Below, in pieces: positions 40,074-51,454 of a stretch of DNA of 64,000 bases. The stretch comes from Gordius albopunctatus (taxonomy: Eukaryota), in the NCBI GenBank assembly GCA_964276515.1, contig OZ193910.1, positions 2,666,001-2,730,000 on the forward strand, written 5' to 3'. The position numbers and the translations under genes were made by a program. Under the pieces are notes generated by a model. It saw only the letters and a program-made list of their open reading frames with translations, did not search any database and was not told the origin of the DNA. Within the stretch, counting starts at the first letter, position 1, and every line of letters begins with the position of its first letter.

Positions 40074-42533
40074 TTAACTTACTCAACTAAATAAATGAAT
40101 TAAAAAAAATAATTTGTGCTGATAAGCTACAAAAGATTCGCTTCATGAATAATGTTGAGAATAAAAAGGTTTTACAGAAGGTGGCAGAACGTCAGAAATA
40201 ACGATATTAATAAATTAATAATTGTATCAACTAAGTAAGAGTTATAAAAAGAATATTGTTGTATAAAAACGGTGAAATAGGATTGATAATGTGAGTAGAA
40301 GGAAATGGAACGCGATATTTAGGACACTTATGGTCTATCTTCAAGGAAAAAAATTAAAAAGGGAGAAGATGAAGTCTCAAAAAAACAATGAAGTAAAGTG
40401 AGTATAAAAAGGATGATTAAAAAATAAATAAATAAAACGATTACAAAAACTGGTTATAGTGAGAAATTAACAATAGCGATTGTAGGGATGGATGTTTTTA
40501 TAAGAAATAGCTAATAACAACACTGGTCAACAAATAATGGGCTTGTAAAATCAACCTGCGAACTATTTGTTGTTTATCTACTTTGTGACTACTATTATCA
40601 AAACAACAACATGCACTTAATTCCTAGTGTTGAAGAGAAGGGAGGGCGCCCTCAAGTCTGGTGTAATTTGTCAATGTTAAAGATAGGGATAGTTAATGTT
40701 GTATATAATTTAAAAAGTAAATGTGCTATGATAAAAAAAAATTGTGAATACATTCCTCTCCCATATATCTACGAATTAAATCTATTAAACAAAATTTTTA
40801 CCGATTAATTTGCAAGTTATTGACGTTTGAAAAACGATAAAATCCCGTTTTTGCAATTTTGACAGCGAATATTTAAAAAACTTGACGTATAGGGAAAAAC
40901 TAAAACATATTTGTGTTGACCGTGAAAACTCTACCAGAATCTGCAAACAGTTTGCCGGTGGATTTTTCTTGTTTAACCGTGTAATAAGCGAAAAGGGGGA
41001 ACACAGGTATTTAATATATAAATATAATAACTGTGCTTAACAAATAATAGTATTGTGTTATGAAAGGGTAGGTAGACATAGTGAAGTATATATGCAATTT
41101 ATGTGTGGATGCATGTGCTTTGGTTAGGAGATTGGATGGGTTAGTCGTGTATTTTGTTTGTTTTTTGGGCTTGAGGCGGACGATTAAAACGCTTTCTACG
41201 AACAACCAATCATTTATCGAAAATTTTATGGTTTTTTCACTTATTAATAGCAATTAGATTTATTGTATGTACAATGACCGAAAAACATTATTTTTTGGAT
41301 TGGATTGAGCTCAGTCCAATGAAAAACAATTTGCAGGATCCTAAATTGGGCTAAACAGTAACAAATTTAGAAACTTAAATGCTAATCCACACCTATCACA
41401 GGCATTAAATGCCGTCATGAAAAGGGGAAACAACTGAAAATAAATTTATAGAGGAAATTCATGTTAGTTTTGAAAATAATTATTAGAACAAATGTAGGCC
41501 AATTACAAGATGAGATTTCATGCTAACATAATGTGTTGTGTTACAGTATTTTTATACCAACTAGCTTTTTATAGTCTCATCTTCTTTACACCAGCCTCAA
41601 TAGATTGTAAAATCTAAATTAGCTGGACAAACTTACATGGATGCTACATTATATTTTTTCCACATAAAATATATCTAATACTTGAAGAAAAACTTGAAAA
41701 CCCTCCTCCAAAATAAAATCCTGCGTACACCCCTGATTATAAAGCAAATCAATAAACACTATGATATGCTGCTCCTATCCCTATCACTCAATATATTTTT
41801 TTAACCTTGTGTACTACAAGTAGTGTTGTAAAAAAGGCTGGGTTCAGTTTTAATGGACTAAACAGAAACAAACCAAAGATTTTTTCGTCTGCTTTTTCCT
41901 GTCGACCTATGAAAAATAGACCAGAGTCAATCGTTAGTCTCAGAAAAACCAAAGGTCTACCAAACAAAACCCAGTTGTTTTTACAACACCAGGTACAATG
42001 TACAAGTACAAACATAATGATTTAAATCTTTTGTTTAGCATAAGGCCTTTAGCAATTTTACAACCCCAATTCAAAGGGAGTATGTAAAGTCATATATAAA
42101 AAAATTGTCATGAAAAAGTTATTAAAACCACCAGACCATAGACGGGAAAAGCTCAACCCACCAGGCCCACAAGCCAACCAACCATTGTAAATTTAAACTT
42201 CGGGTGGGGTAGTGAGGGGTGATAACATGATTTGGACAATTTGGCCTTAATAAGATTTTATTTATTTTGTTTTTGTGTACTATTTTGTGAGAGAATTTTA
42301 ACAAAATTTTAAAAGCTTTTTCAATTAAAATTCAATGATGCGTAAAATTTTTAAGGCTACCACTGTTAATTAGCACCCAAAAATTGATGGTGTCACAACC
42401 ACTCTTACTTAATTCTAAGAAATACAAAGAAATGTTATCATTATTTTTTTGTAGGACTTTTAACAAATTAGGCAGGTAAAAGTTATACATGTAATCTCAT
42501 ATCATATATATTAAATTTGACAATAAATAATAG

Positions 42534-45500
42534 TCATCTTCCAACTTTCCCTAAACTTTGATCTGTTTTTGGATTTGCTGTAACATTTTGAGACACTACT
42601 ATGGCTTCATTTATATGTGTTTGAAAGTCTCTAAGGTTTTGAATAAAAAGTAGACGCATTATTTTAGCAGCATGACTTAGTTCATTATCTGTTTGTATCA
42701 ATAAAAACATTAAACAAAGTGCATGGAGTAAAATCAAATTAATGGTAAATATATAACTTCATTAACAAAATATAATTACCTTTACAAGGAATCCCCAATT
42801 CCATTTCATTTAAATTTAAGGTATTCAATTTAAGTGATAAATTTTTTTGTGTTTGATGCAATTTAAGAGCTTCTGAAGACAATTTTGATGTTACAAATTT
42901 GCAAATTGCCTAATATGACTTAAAAGTATTTGTAATTAAGTATTACTTCTAATGTTAAAAGGTGATTAGGATGGAGTGGTATTTTGAGCAAATGTGCCAA
43001 TTCAGTAACTCCATTTTTAAATTCATCACTTTCAACTATCAATATTAATTTTTATACAAGATGTTTTTATACTCACAATCAAGATTATCTATTGGGTTTG
43101 TATTTTGGGATAAATGCTCAACTTCTACATTTTTTGGTGCACTCTGATACTTTTGAACTATTATACACATATAACACAATTTTAATAAATTACGATCATC
43201 CCCATAATCAAGGTTTAAGGCAATTCCAAGGAGCCAATCTATAATTTCTGGGCGAGAAGGATTAGAATATGGATAAATAAGGGCACTTAAATACTTACAA
43301 ATACATAAATATAAATTTAAAGTATACTTTATTAAATTCATCAAACCATCCATGATTATTAATATTATATAAATTTGCATTTTCATCCTCTCTGCGATGT
43401 TTAATTTTATTCTTTTCCAACCAAATTACTAGATTTTTCAAATGTTCATCCTCTATTTAACAATATTATCAAAAAGATTTTTCATTACTTTGATAATCAA
43501 AGTCAACATCAGGCTTATATTTCAAAGCTAATAATTTTCGAATCCGGCACATTTGCCAACTGCTCAAAGGTTATATAAAGCGCATTTTAGTACATATTCA
43601 AAATATAAAATATATGAAATAAGGTTATATAAACAACATGTTTTCAATATTTTAAAATAATGTTTTCCTTATTTAAAAGTTATAATATAAGTAAGTAAAG
43701 ATGTAAGAGTATAATATTATAGCATAATAAGAAACGGTTTCAGATTCACTCACCTAGGTTTTGATTGTAATATTTGTAGAATGATTAAATATATATTTGA
43801 ATAATGAATCATCTTTCATAAATTTTATATCCTAGAAAAAGTGAAATGAGAGTAAAATTTTAATGCAAATTTTACAATAAAATAGTGAGTCATCAATCAT
43901 AGTTTTTATATATTATAAAAAATTAATTTAGATTTACTTATCTAGCGTAAATTCTATTAAGAAGTTCAATTTTAATATGGGGAATAAAATTTACTTAATC
44001 TATTTATATGTACAATAAGTTTATATTCTTATGGGATAGAATTAAACTTTAACAATTAACGAATGGTAATAGTCTAGATTTGTTTTGTGATTTAATTTTG
44101 ATATACAAATGACATATTTTTACTTATGGAAAGCAATATAAAGTTTATCATGTCTGTAAACAAATACTATCAATTGCTTCTGACAAATAGATATGCGATG
44201 AAGGTGATACTAAAATTCCTACTTGTAGTTCTTACTCAATTACATCTTATAAACATGATTACTGGCAATATTTATGAATCCGTAATTAGTAAGCTGTATG
44301 ATATAATAAAAAATGTATTAAGATGTCGATATTATAGATCTGCATGGGCAGGGCCTACGAACGGGCTTTGTATCATAAAAATTTAAACGGGCCGGGTCCG
44401 GACGGGATTATAGCTTCGTATATTATTTTATAATTTAGTTCAATTACTTAGTTTTTTTCCAAATTAACATCATAAATGATTTTATGCAGCTTCACTAATA
44501 AAAATTTAACTTGTTGGAAGGAACAAAAGCCTGTTTGCGACTGATGTATTTACCAATTCAAAATTTTCAACATATTAATAATTGTTTTGGTATTGACAAA
44601 AAATGCACGACTCTATTTTTTTTGGTTTTTAAGTTTTTTTCCAATATTTTATTTATGTGTCAACAATTAATTCATGCGATTGTAAATACATATATACAGA
44701 AATATTATCAATAAATTCATATACATCAATTTCATTAAGGCTAATTTTTGCCTTGCCAGGGCAACTCCTCGTCCTACACCGATAGTAGGTAGTAGACGGG
44801 GCTCTTCTTGTTTTGTAATACAGATAACCACAAAAGTAAAGAAGGTAACCTTTGCCAGATGGAATAAAGCGCATGATATCTAAAAAAGGTAATAAAATTT
44901 ATTATGTAAAATATAACTATTACTTTGCTGACTGCTTTGTATTCGTTCCACTACATCAACCAAAATTTCTGCATCCCTGATTGAGCCTAAAATATATTAT
45001 AAATTTTTATTTAACTAATACAATAGGCTTGCTTTTTTTATAAATTGTAACTTTAATTAAAACTAGCAAATCTTATAATAAATAAATAACTAACAATTAT
45101 CGTATGTAGAAATGGTAGAAGGTAAAGCAGGAGCTGGGAGAGATTGACTAGGACTTGATGTAAAATCTATACAAATTAAATGTGTTGTTTGTAAACTTAC
45201 ATCTAATGCTTGTATTCACAAATGTAGAGGAAGTTATTATAGGTGGAGGTCCTCGGGCTTGGACTTGTGAGACATTACCTACATAGATGAATTAGAAAGA
45301 ATTACACTTGAAATGTGTTGTTTGTAAACTTACATCTAATGCTTGTATTCACAAATGTAGAGGAAGTTATTATAGGTGGAGGTCCTCGGGCTTGGACTTG
45401 TGAGACATTACCTACATAGATGAATTAGAAAGAATTACACTTGAAATGTGTTGTTTGTAAACTTATATCTAATGCTTGTATTCACAAATGAAGATGAAGT

Positions 45501-47108
45501 TATTATAGGTAGAAAAATATGCAAATTTATATTAAAGCTTAAGTTAACATTATAACATTTGAATAAAGGATTAGATATTAAGTGGCATAAAAAATATATT
45601 TTGTTAATATATTCTTTTCAAACATATCTTACATATTGATGTATTGCTGATGGAAGGGTTATGACCTCTATTATTAGCCCGTACATTTTGGATAATATCT
45701 TAAAAAGTTTTTAATATAACAATCAATCTAATAGTTAACTCTAAATTTACTTGTTATATTTCCAATGTTGAGGGTCTGCAATGGTGCACATGAAGGAATT
45801 TGAAGGGGTAAGTTAGGTTGTGAGACATCACCTACATAGATGAATTAGAAAGAATTACACTTGAAATGTGTAGTTTGTAAACTTACATCTAATGCTTGTA
45901 TTCACAAATGTAGAGGAAGTTATTATAGGTGGAGGTCCTCGGGCTTGGACTTGTGAGACATTACCTACATAGATGAATTAGAAAGAATTACACTTGAAAT
46001 GTGTTGTTTGTAAACTTACATCTAATGCTTGTATTCACAAATGTAGAGGAAGTTATTATAGGTGGAGGTCCTCGGGCTTGGACTTGTGAGACATTACCTA
46101 CATAGATGAATTAGAAAGAATTACACTTGAAATGTGTTGTTTGTAAACTTACATCTAATGCTTGTATTCACAAATGTAGAGGAAGTTATTATAGGTGGAG
46201 GTCCTCGGGCTTGGACTTGTGAGACATTACCTACATAGATGAATTAGAAAGAATTACACTTGAAATGTGTTGTTTGTAAACTTACATCTAATGCTTGTAT
46301 TCACGAATGTAGAGGAAGTTATTATAGGTGGAGGTCCTCGGGCTTGGACTTGTGAGACATTACCTACATAGATGAATTAGAAAGAATTACACTTGAAATG
46401 TGTTGTTTGTAAACTTACATCTAAAGGATTAGATTTTAAGTGGTATAAAAATATATTTTGTTACTATATTATTTTCAAACATATCTTACATATTGATGTA
46501 TTGCTGATGGAAGGGTTATGGCCACTATTATTAGCCCGTACATTTCGGATAATATCTTAAAAAGTTTGTAATATAACAATCAATATAATAGTTAACTCTA
46601 AACTTACTTGTTATATTTCCAATGTTGAGGGTCTGCAACGGTGCACATGAAGGAATTTGAAGGGGTAAGTTAGGGGAGGCTATAAGAAATAAAATTAAAT
46701 TCTAATAGTTAACTTTAAACTTACTTGTTATATTTTTTCTATGTGGGATATCGTCATGTTGGTGTGTCAGGTTAAATTGGGAATTATGATAAATTGCTCT
46801 AGCTCCACATTTTTGGGTCCTACATCTATAATATTCCTGCATTTTTTCCCCACTTTTATATTGACGTATTGAAAATCATCAAATACCATAATTGGTTTTT
46901 GATTTGGGGATAATATAAATTCAATAGACATGGAATAATGATAAAGCTTAAAAGGAAATGTTCAAAATGTGTGGGAATTAACGGATGTTCAAAATTCGTG
47001 GGAATTAACGATCGTTAATAAGTTATTAACGATCGTTAATAATCTATTAACGATATAACTGATGAGCAGTTGGCATTTGAGCATGTAGGATAATTTTCGA
47101 CGAAACAT
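42534..47108 (-). CDS. RTRAF: RNA transcription, translation and transport factor (C14orf166/CGI-99, tRNA ligase complex). Body 43540-42534 in 7 exons; native ATG at 47108 is separated by a transposon insertion
   Basis: Peptides RKLLALKY, LVIWLEKNKIKH, IDWLLGIALNLDYGD, LLKIPLHPNHLLTLEAI and AAKIMRLLFIQNLRDFQTHINEAIVVSQNVTANPKTDQSLGKVGR*. Removing 43542-47100 restores MFRRKLLALKY. Confidence 0.92.
44653..46931 (-). CDS. Double FLYWCH-type zinc-finger protein with repetitive S/T/P/N-rich linker, 14 predicted exons; exon 1 has a 1-nt frameshift (possible pseudogene or sequence error)
   Basis: Exon 1: MSIEFILSPNQKPIMVFDDFQY / YYRCRTQKCGARA..HQHDDIPH. Last exon: FIPSGKGYLLYFCGYLYYK..YYRCRTRSCPGKA. 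Internal exons of 63-81 nt are all multiples of 3, open, and flanked by phase-1 GT-AG introns. Confidence 0.75.
45180..46423. repeat. 133-bp tandem repeat in two blocks (~45180-45510 and ~45820-46423), interleaved with a ~250-bp duplicated segment (~45570-45815 / ~46425-46672)
   Basis: Near-identical units AATGTGTTGTTTGTAAACTTACATCTAATGCTTGTATTCACAAATGTAGAGG...TTACCTACATAGATGAATTAGAAAGAATTACACTTGA with period 133. Confidence 0.95.
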
Positions 47109-47182
47109 ATGTCTATGATGTTGCGTAGCAAAGATACATTTTTAGTCAGTCACCGGTTTTGTGCTTTAATGATTAAGATCGT

Positions 47183-47345
47183 CGGCGTAGCTGGGGGGGG
47201 GGGCAGTGGGGACGACTGCCCCCTCTAAATCTAAAAATTTGTTGAAATTAATTAAGATAATGGCTAAAATTTCAAAAAATGATCATTTTGCCCCTCCTTA
47301 AATCAATATTGCCCCCCTCTAATCTCAATGCTGGCTACGTCTATG
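47183..47345. mobile_element. GC-ended MITE copy in the native RTRAF promoter region
   Basis: GGCGTAGCTGGGG...CTGGCTACGTCTATG with perfect 8-bp TSD AAGATCGT. Confidence 0.75.
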
Positions 47346-49029
47346 AAGATCGTAATAATTGTTATATATGAATTTTTATTTAATAGAGTATAGTTATATA
47401 GGAAGGATTAGGAGGTGGCCATAGAGTAAAAATTAGGCCCATTGTGCATTTACCGACAACATATTTGAATTAAAACCAAAAGTCTTTGTTCATCCGCCTT
47501 GTTACTTAGCTTATATTTAAAAACTAAAATGTTTTTGATTCTTAGAGTTTCTAACTATCATACCTGAGTGTCTCTTTGCCTTTGAATATTTGTGATTGTT
47601 ATTCATTAACTGGGGAAATATCTTTATAAACAATAAATTAAAGTGTTCCATTTATTACGGTATAACTGTATATAGTAACATGGTATGAAATATTATTTAA
47701 AATAAAGCTAATGTGTGTTCATTTCTTTCTCCACTTAAAGCTCCCTTTTTCCATTCATTTGTAACCATGTTACATGTCTTTCTTTGAATTAAATCTCCAT
47801 GTCTTGCCCTACCCATCTGTGGTTATTAACCAACCTTCTTTTAGCCTTTTTTAATTCCTTTTATAGAAACTTTTTCTTTCGGCTGTAATCCGGTGGTTTA
47901 ATCAACTCTTTCTTCAGACCTTTGTCTAATTTTTTATCCGATTTCGGTTATAACACAAATGGCAATACTTCAATATGTTGTTAGTGAGCCCCTGCATCCA
48001 ATCAATGCTTTCATAGGCATTACATCTGTTCGAAAGGATTTCCCCTTTTAAATCTTTTTCATCTATGTCCTAATTGAATCCTCATGAATGGTAGACAAAA
48101 TTTATGTTTGTCTCCTCACTGGTAAAAAAAATTTTATCAGTCGCAACTTGTATAAGCTCCTATAAATATTATTTTATCTTTTCCACTATCTCTTTCTTGT
48201 TCTGCTCAATATATATAGTCGAAATTGTATAAGAAATTCAGATATGTAATGTTTTTAAGTGATAAATAACCGCGGCGTTTTGTGTACATATATTATCATT
48301 TAAGCTCAATTTGCTTATAAGTCGTAATTGGGTAAATGTGAATTATCGGATAAGTGGTTAAAATTTTGCTTAAATTCATAATTTTTGTATGCATATAATG
48401 GTGCTTAAGGGATAACACTTATTATTATTAGTTATTATTAAAATTATTAGGAAACCCCCTCTCCCCTATTGTGATAGATTAAAAATAATTTGTCATGGAA
48501 AAGAAAATTGGCACTATAAATGGAGTTTGCTTTGCTTGTGAGGTTAAGAAATTAGTTTCATCAATCATTTTACTTATTCATTGTAGCTGTCAGTTGGATC
48601 CTAAGGTATTTTACCAGAAACAAAAATAATGATATAAGTGGTAAAATTTCAAGCAAACCATAATTTTATAAGGGATAATTTACTATATATTAGTTTAAAC
48701 TGGTTAGTAGACTTCAAATGAATAAGAAAAAAACAGACTGTACCAAAAAAACTATTGCTAATTGTTTATAATAAAAATGATGATTTTGATATCAAACTGA
48801 GCAGACATTTGATGAGCTCTATGGTTCAAAAGTATAACAAAAGGTTCTTCTGACATCCCATCAATAATATCAGAAGGTTCTCTAGGTAGCTGTTTATTCT
48901 TTATAACTGATGGCCCATGAAACTATGATAATGATTTAATAAGCTGTTTTGGTGATTATACTGATGCTGATATAATTAAAGAAACAGGTTATGTTATTTT
49001 ATCTATAGGTAAATATAAACTAAAATTTA

Positions 49030-49250
49030 TTAAAACGATCTAAAAAATTACATTCGCGCTTAAAAACTAAAAAAACGCGCTTAAACTAGAACGATGGCAT
49101 TGACCCGTGTATAAAAATCGTATTGTATTTAACGATTTCCAATCTAATATTTTGCCTGACAAAAAAGTACTCTTTAAAATCTAGTGAGATCGCTTTTCCT
49201 ATTTGTTTCAAAAGAGTGAGAGCTTTAATGTAAGTTTCCGATTGTGGTTA
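49030..49250 (-). mobile_element. Second CRE-like 3' fragment
   Basis: Reverse complement aligns by eye with 36445-36680 (GAAACAAAT(T/A)GGAAAAGCGATCTC...GGAAATCGTTAAAT). Confidence 0.55.
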
Positions 49251-51454
49251 GTTCCCACGCTTATTCCCCCCCCCCCGCCCCTCTGTAAAATGCCGCTTTC
49301 TAGCGTAGATGGTGCAAGCTAGCGGACATTAATAGTCTTTCGCTTATAAATTAAAATAAAGATTATTCTTCCTATTATGACCACCTCTATAAATAATATA
49401 TTTTTCCCTAGTTCCCGATATATATATTATAGTATTCGCCAATATAATGCATGTTTTGTTCTGCTCGATTCGAATATGGTAATTAGGCTTCTGATTAATT
49501 ATTAAAATATTGTAAGTAATAGAGCGTTGTATTTGTATTTAACTAAGTATTTTGAATCCTGGTAATTAATGATGTTGTCAGTTAAAATTATATTCGTTTG
49601 GCTTTGCAATTAATTTGTATAAATTAAGGGTTCTAAAATGCTTACAATGCTAATTTTTGATATTAATTTAATTATATATTTTTGGATTACACAAATTAAT
49701 ATGATATTTTAAGGGAGTTTTTAAATATCATCAAGGGGTCTATTTTAATTTTTGTAGCAACTTAAATTTGGGTGTAATAAGTATATGTCAATATTTTTAA
49801 ATAAAAATGGCCGGTTAACTAGTTCACAATTCCCATAAATATCGCGCAAAGGTAAACTTTATTTAAAATGCATGTTTTTTGGTAGTTATTTTTGCATGAT
49901 ATTGCCGTTGTGTATTTATTGATATGATTGACGCGCATATGTCCGTCAATCGTCGTCCGTTATGGTCCTTGATTGATCAACTGATATCGAGCAGTGCGAT
50001 AATCGGGCGGAGAAGGTATGTAATGCCGGTGGTGTGGGACGCTATTGCGATTCCGGAAAATTTGATCGGTACTTGCTTGATTATCGATATATGGCGGGTG
50101 GACAAAACGACGCAGTGGTAGATAACGTTATGCATGAAGGTTGCCTAAACGGGGCAGTGAGGTCAATATGCACTAGATGGTAATTCCGGTGCATAGAGAC
50201 GGTAAGTCCAAGTCTCTAAGTAGGTTTTATGAGGTCGGATTTCCTAGGTGGGCAAATATTTTCGCTGGGTGCGCATGGTGTGATTTGTATATTTGGTTGG
50301 TTCCCGAAACGTCGCACGTGGTTTGATGAGAGGTAATACCATCGTAGTCAGGTCCAAGGTTACCTCAAGTGGAGTTCATAGCACCTAAGGTATTATGGTA
50401 GGCAGAGTTGCATTTTATGCAAGATATGCCTGGTGACAATTTTTTTTACACTTAGTGATGTCGCTGGTGCCCGTGTCGGTGCCGATGGCTGATGATTGAT
50501 ATTGCGTCGTCGCTGATAATGTAACTTAAAAATCCTTACTCTTGTGGTCGAGGGGCAGGTAGCTCTCATTGAGGAGCGGCCAGCGCGACTGGAGGTGGCT
50601 AAAAGTTTCTGTCTACTCCTAACTGGGAGATCGCTTTCTTGGGGGAAAGCAAGGAAACTTCTTTACAAAAATATTTGGTAGATTATACTGAACCCTACGA
50701 GACCCAGATTCACGTGATCAATTGTTAGTCGCCGATGTCACGCTCTGTTACAACAACCTCCCCACCCCCCGTAGAAATTTTGAAGGGGAATGCCGGAAAT
50801 CAAGATAATCACGGTGATGAAATTAATAATAATCGTGTACAAATGCAGAGAAAATGATTGCAAACGACAAGTAACGTTAACCCAAGATACGCGAACTCAA
50901 TCACATCTTCCCATAATCGATCAAAGTCGTTCTATACTTATGCCCGAACAAACTATTGAAAGAAACAAAAATTTAGGTGTAGGTCAAAGACTCAGATCAT
51001 AAGACCGTGATGAGAGAGTACTTTTTCATCACTCATAGCTCGTAATCAGAATTATAATTAACTCTTGTTCGCATATATTAGCAACTATACTTACAGCCTT
51101 TGGCCCCCAAGCCTTAAAAACTATTAAAAAGTACATCCCATGATAATCGCAAATCTTATAGATAATCAGCATACCAATTGTTTTAAATATAATTCACTTG
51201 AAGTGTCTGAATCCCAATATTTACACACTCAATTTTTCTATATGTAATTATTCTTCTTCACACAATATTTAATTTATAAATTATAACTAATAAATTACAC
51301 CAATTCTTTTATGCATTAATTCCTTTTACAAATAAGACTTAATAAAAGGGCAAATGATTATTATTTATTTGAAAAAATATATAATACCTATTGTTAAATT
51401 TTTTAACTTGCAATATGAAGATTCTCATCGATATCACTAATTAACTCTTTTTAA

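Larger units (their letters stand above)
43542..47091. mobile_element. Mutator-like (MULE) non-autonomous DNA transposon carrying a FLYWCH gene, inserted in RTRAF exon 1
   Basis: TSD AATTTTCGA at 43533-43541 and 47092-47100 (extendable to 11 bp); imperfect ~35-bp TIRs with exact core TGCCAACTGCTCA (43554-43566) / TGAGCAGTTGGCA (47063-47075); no transposase ORF seen. Confidence 0.85.

Noticed and set aside
45180..46423. CRISPR-like appearance of regularly spaced repeats
   Set aside because: Units are identical end to end with no unique spacers, the context is eukaryotic and no cas genes are present; explained as intron-exon tandem duplication.
47700..49010. Coding-like fragments (integrase-like on minus, exon-like on plus)
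   Set aside because: Multiple stops and frameshifts in every frame and no confident homology.
49900..50700. GC-richer segment suggestive of a LINE 3' end
   Set aside because: Too degenerate to translate into a recognisable RT or endonuclease motif.
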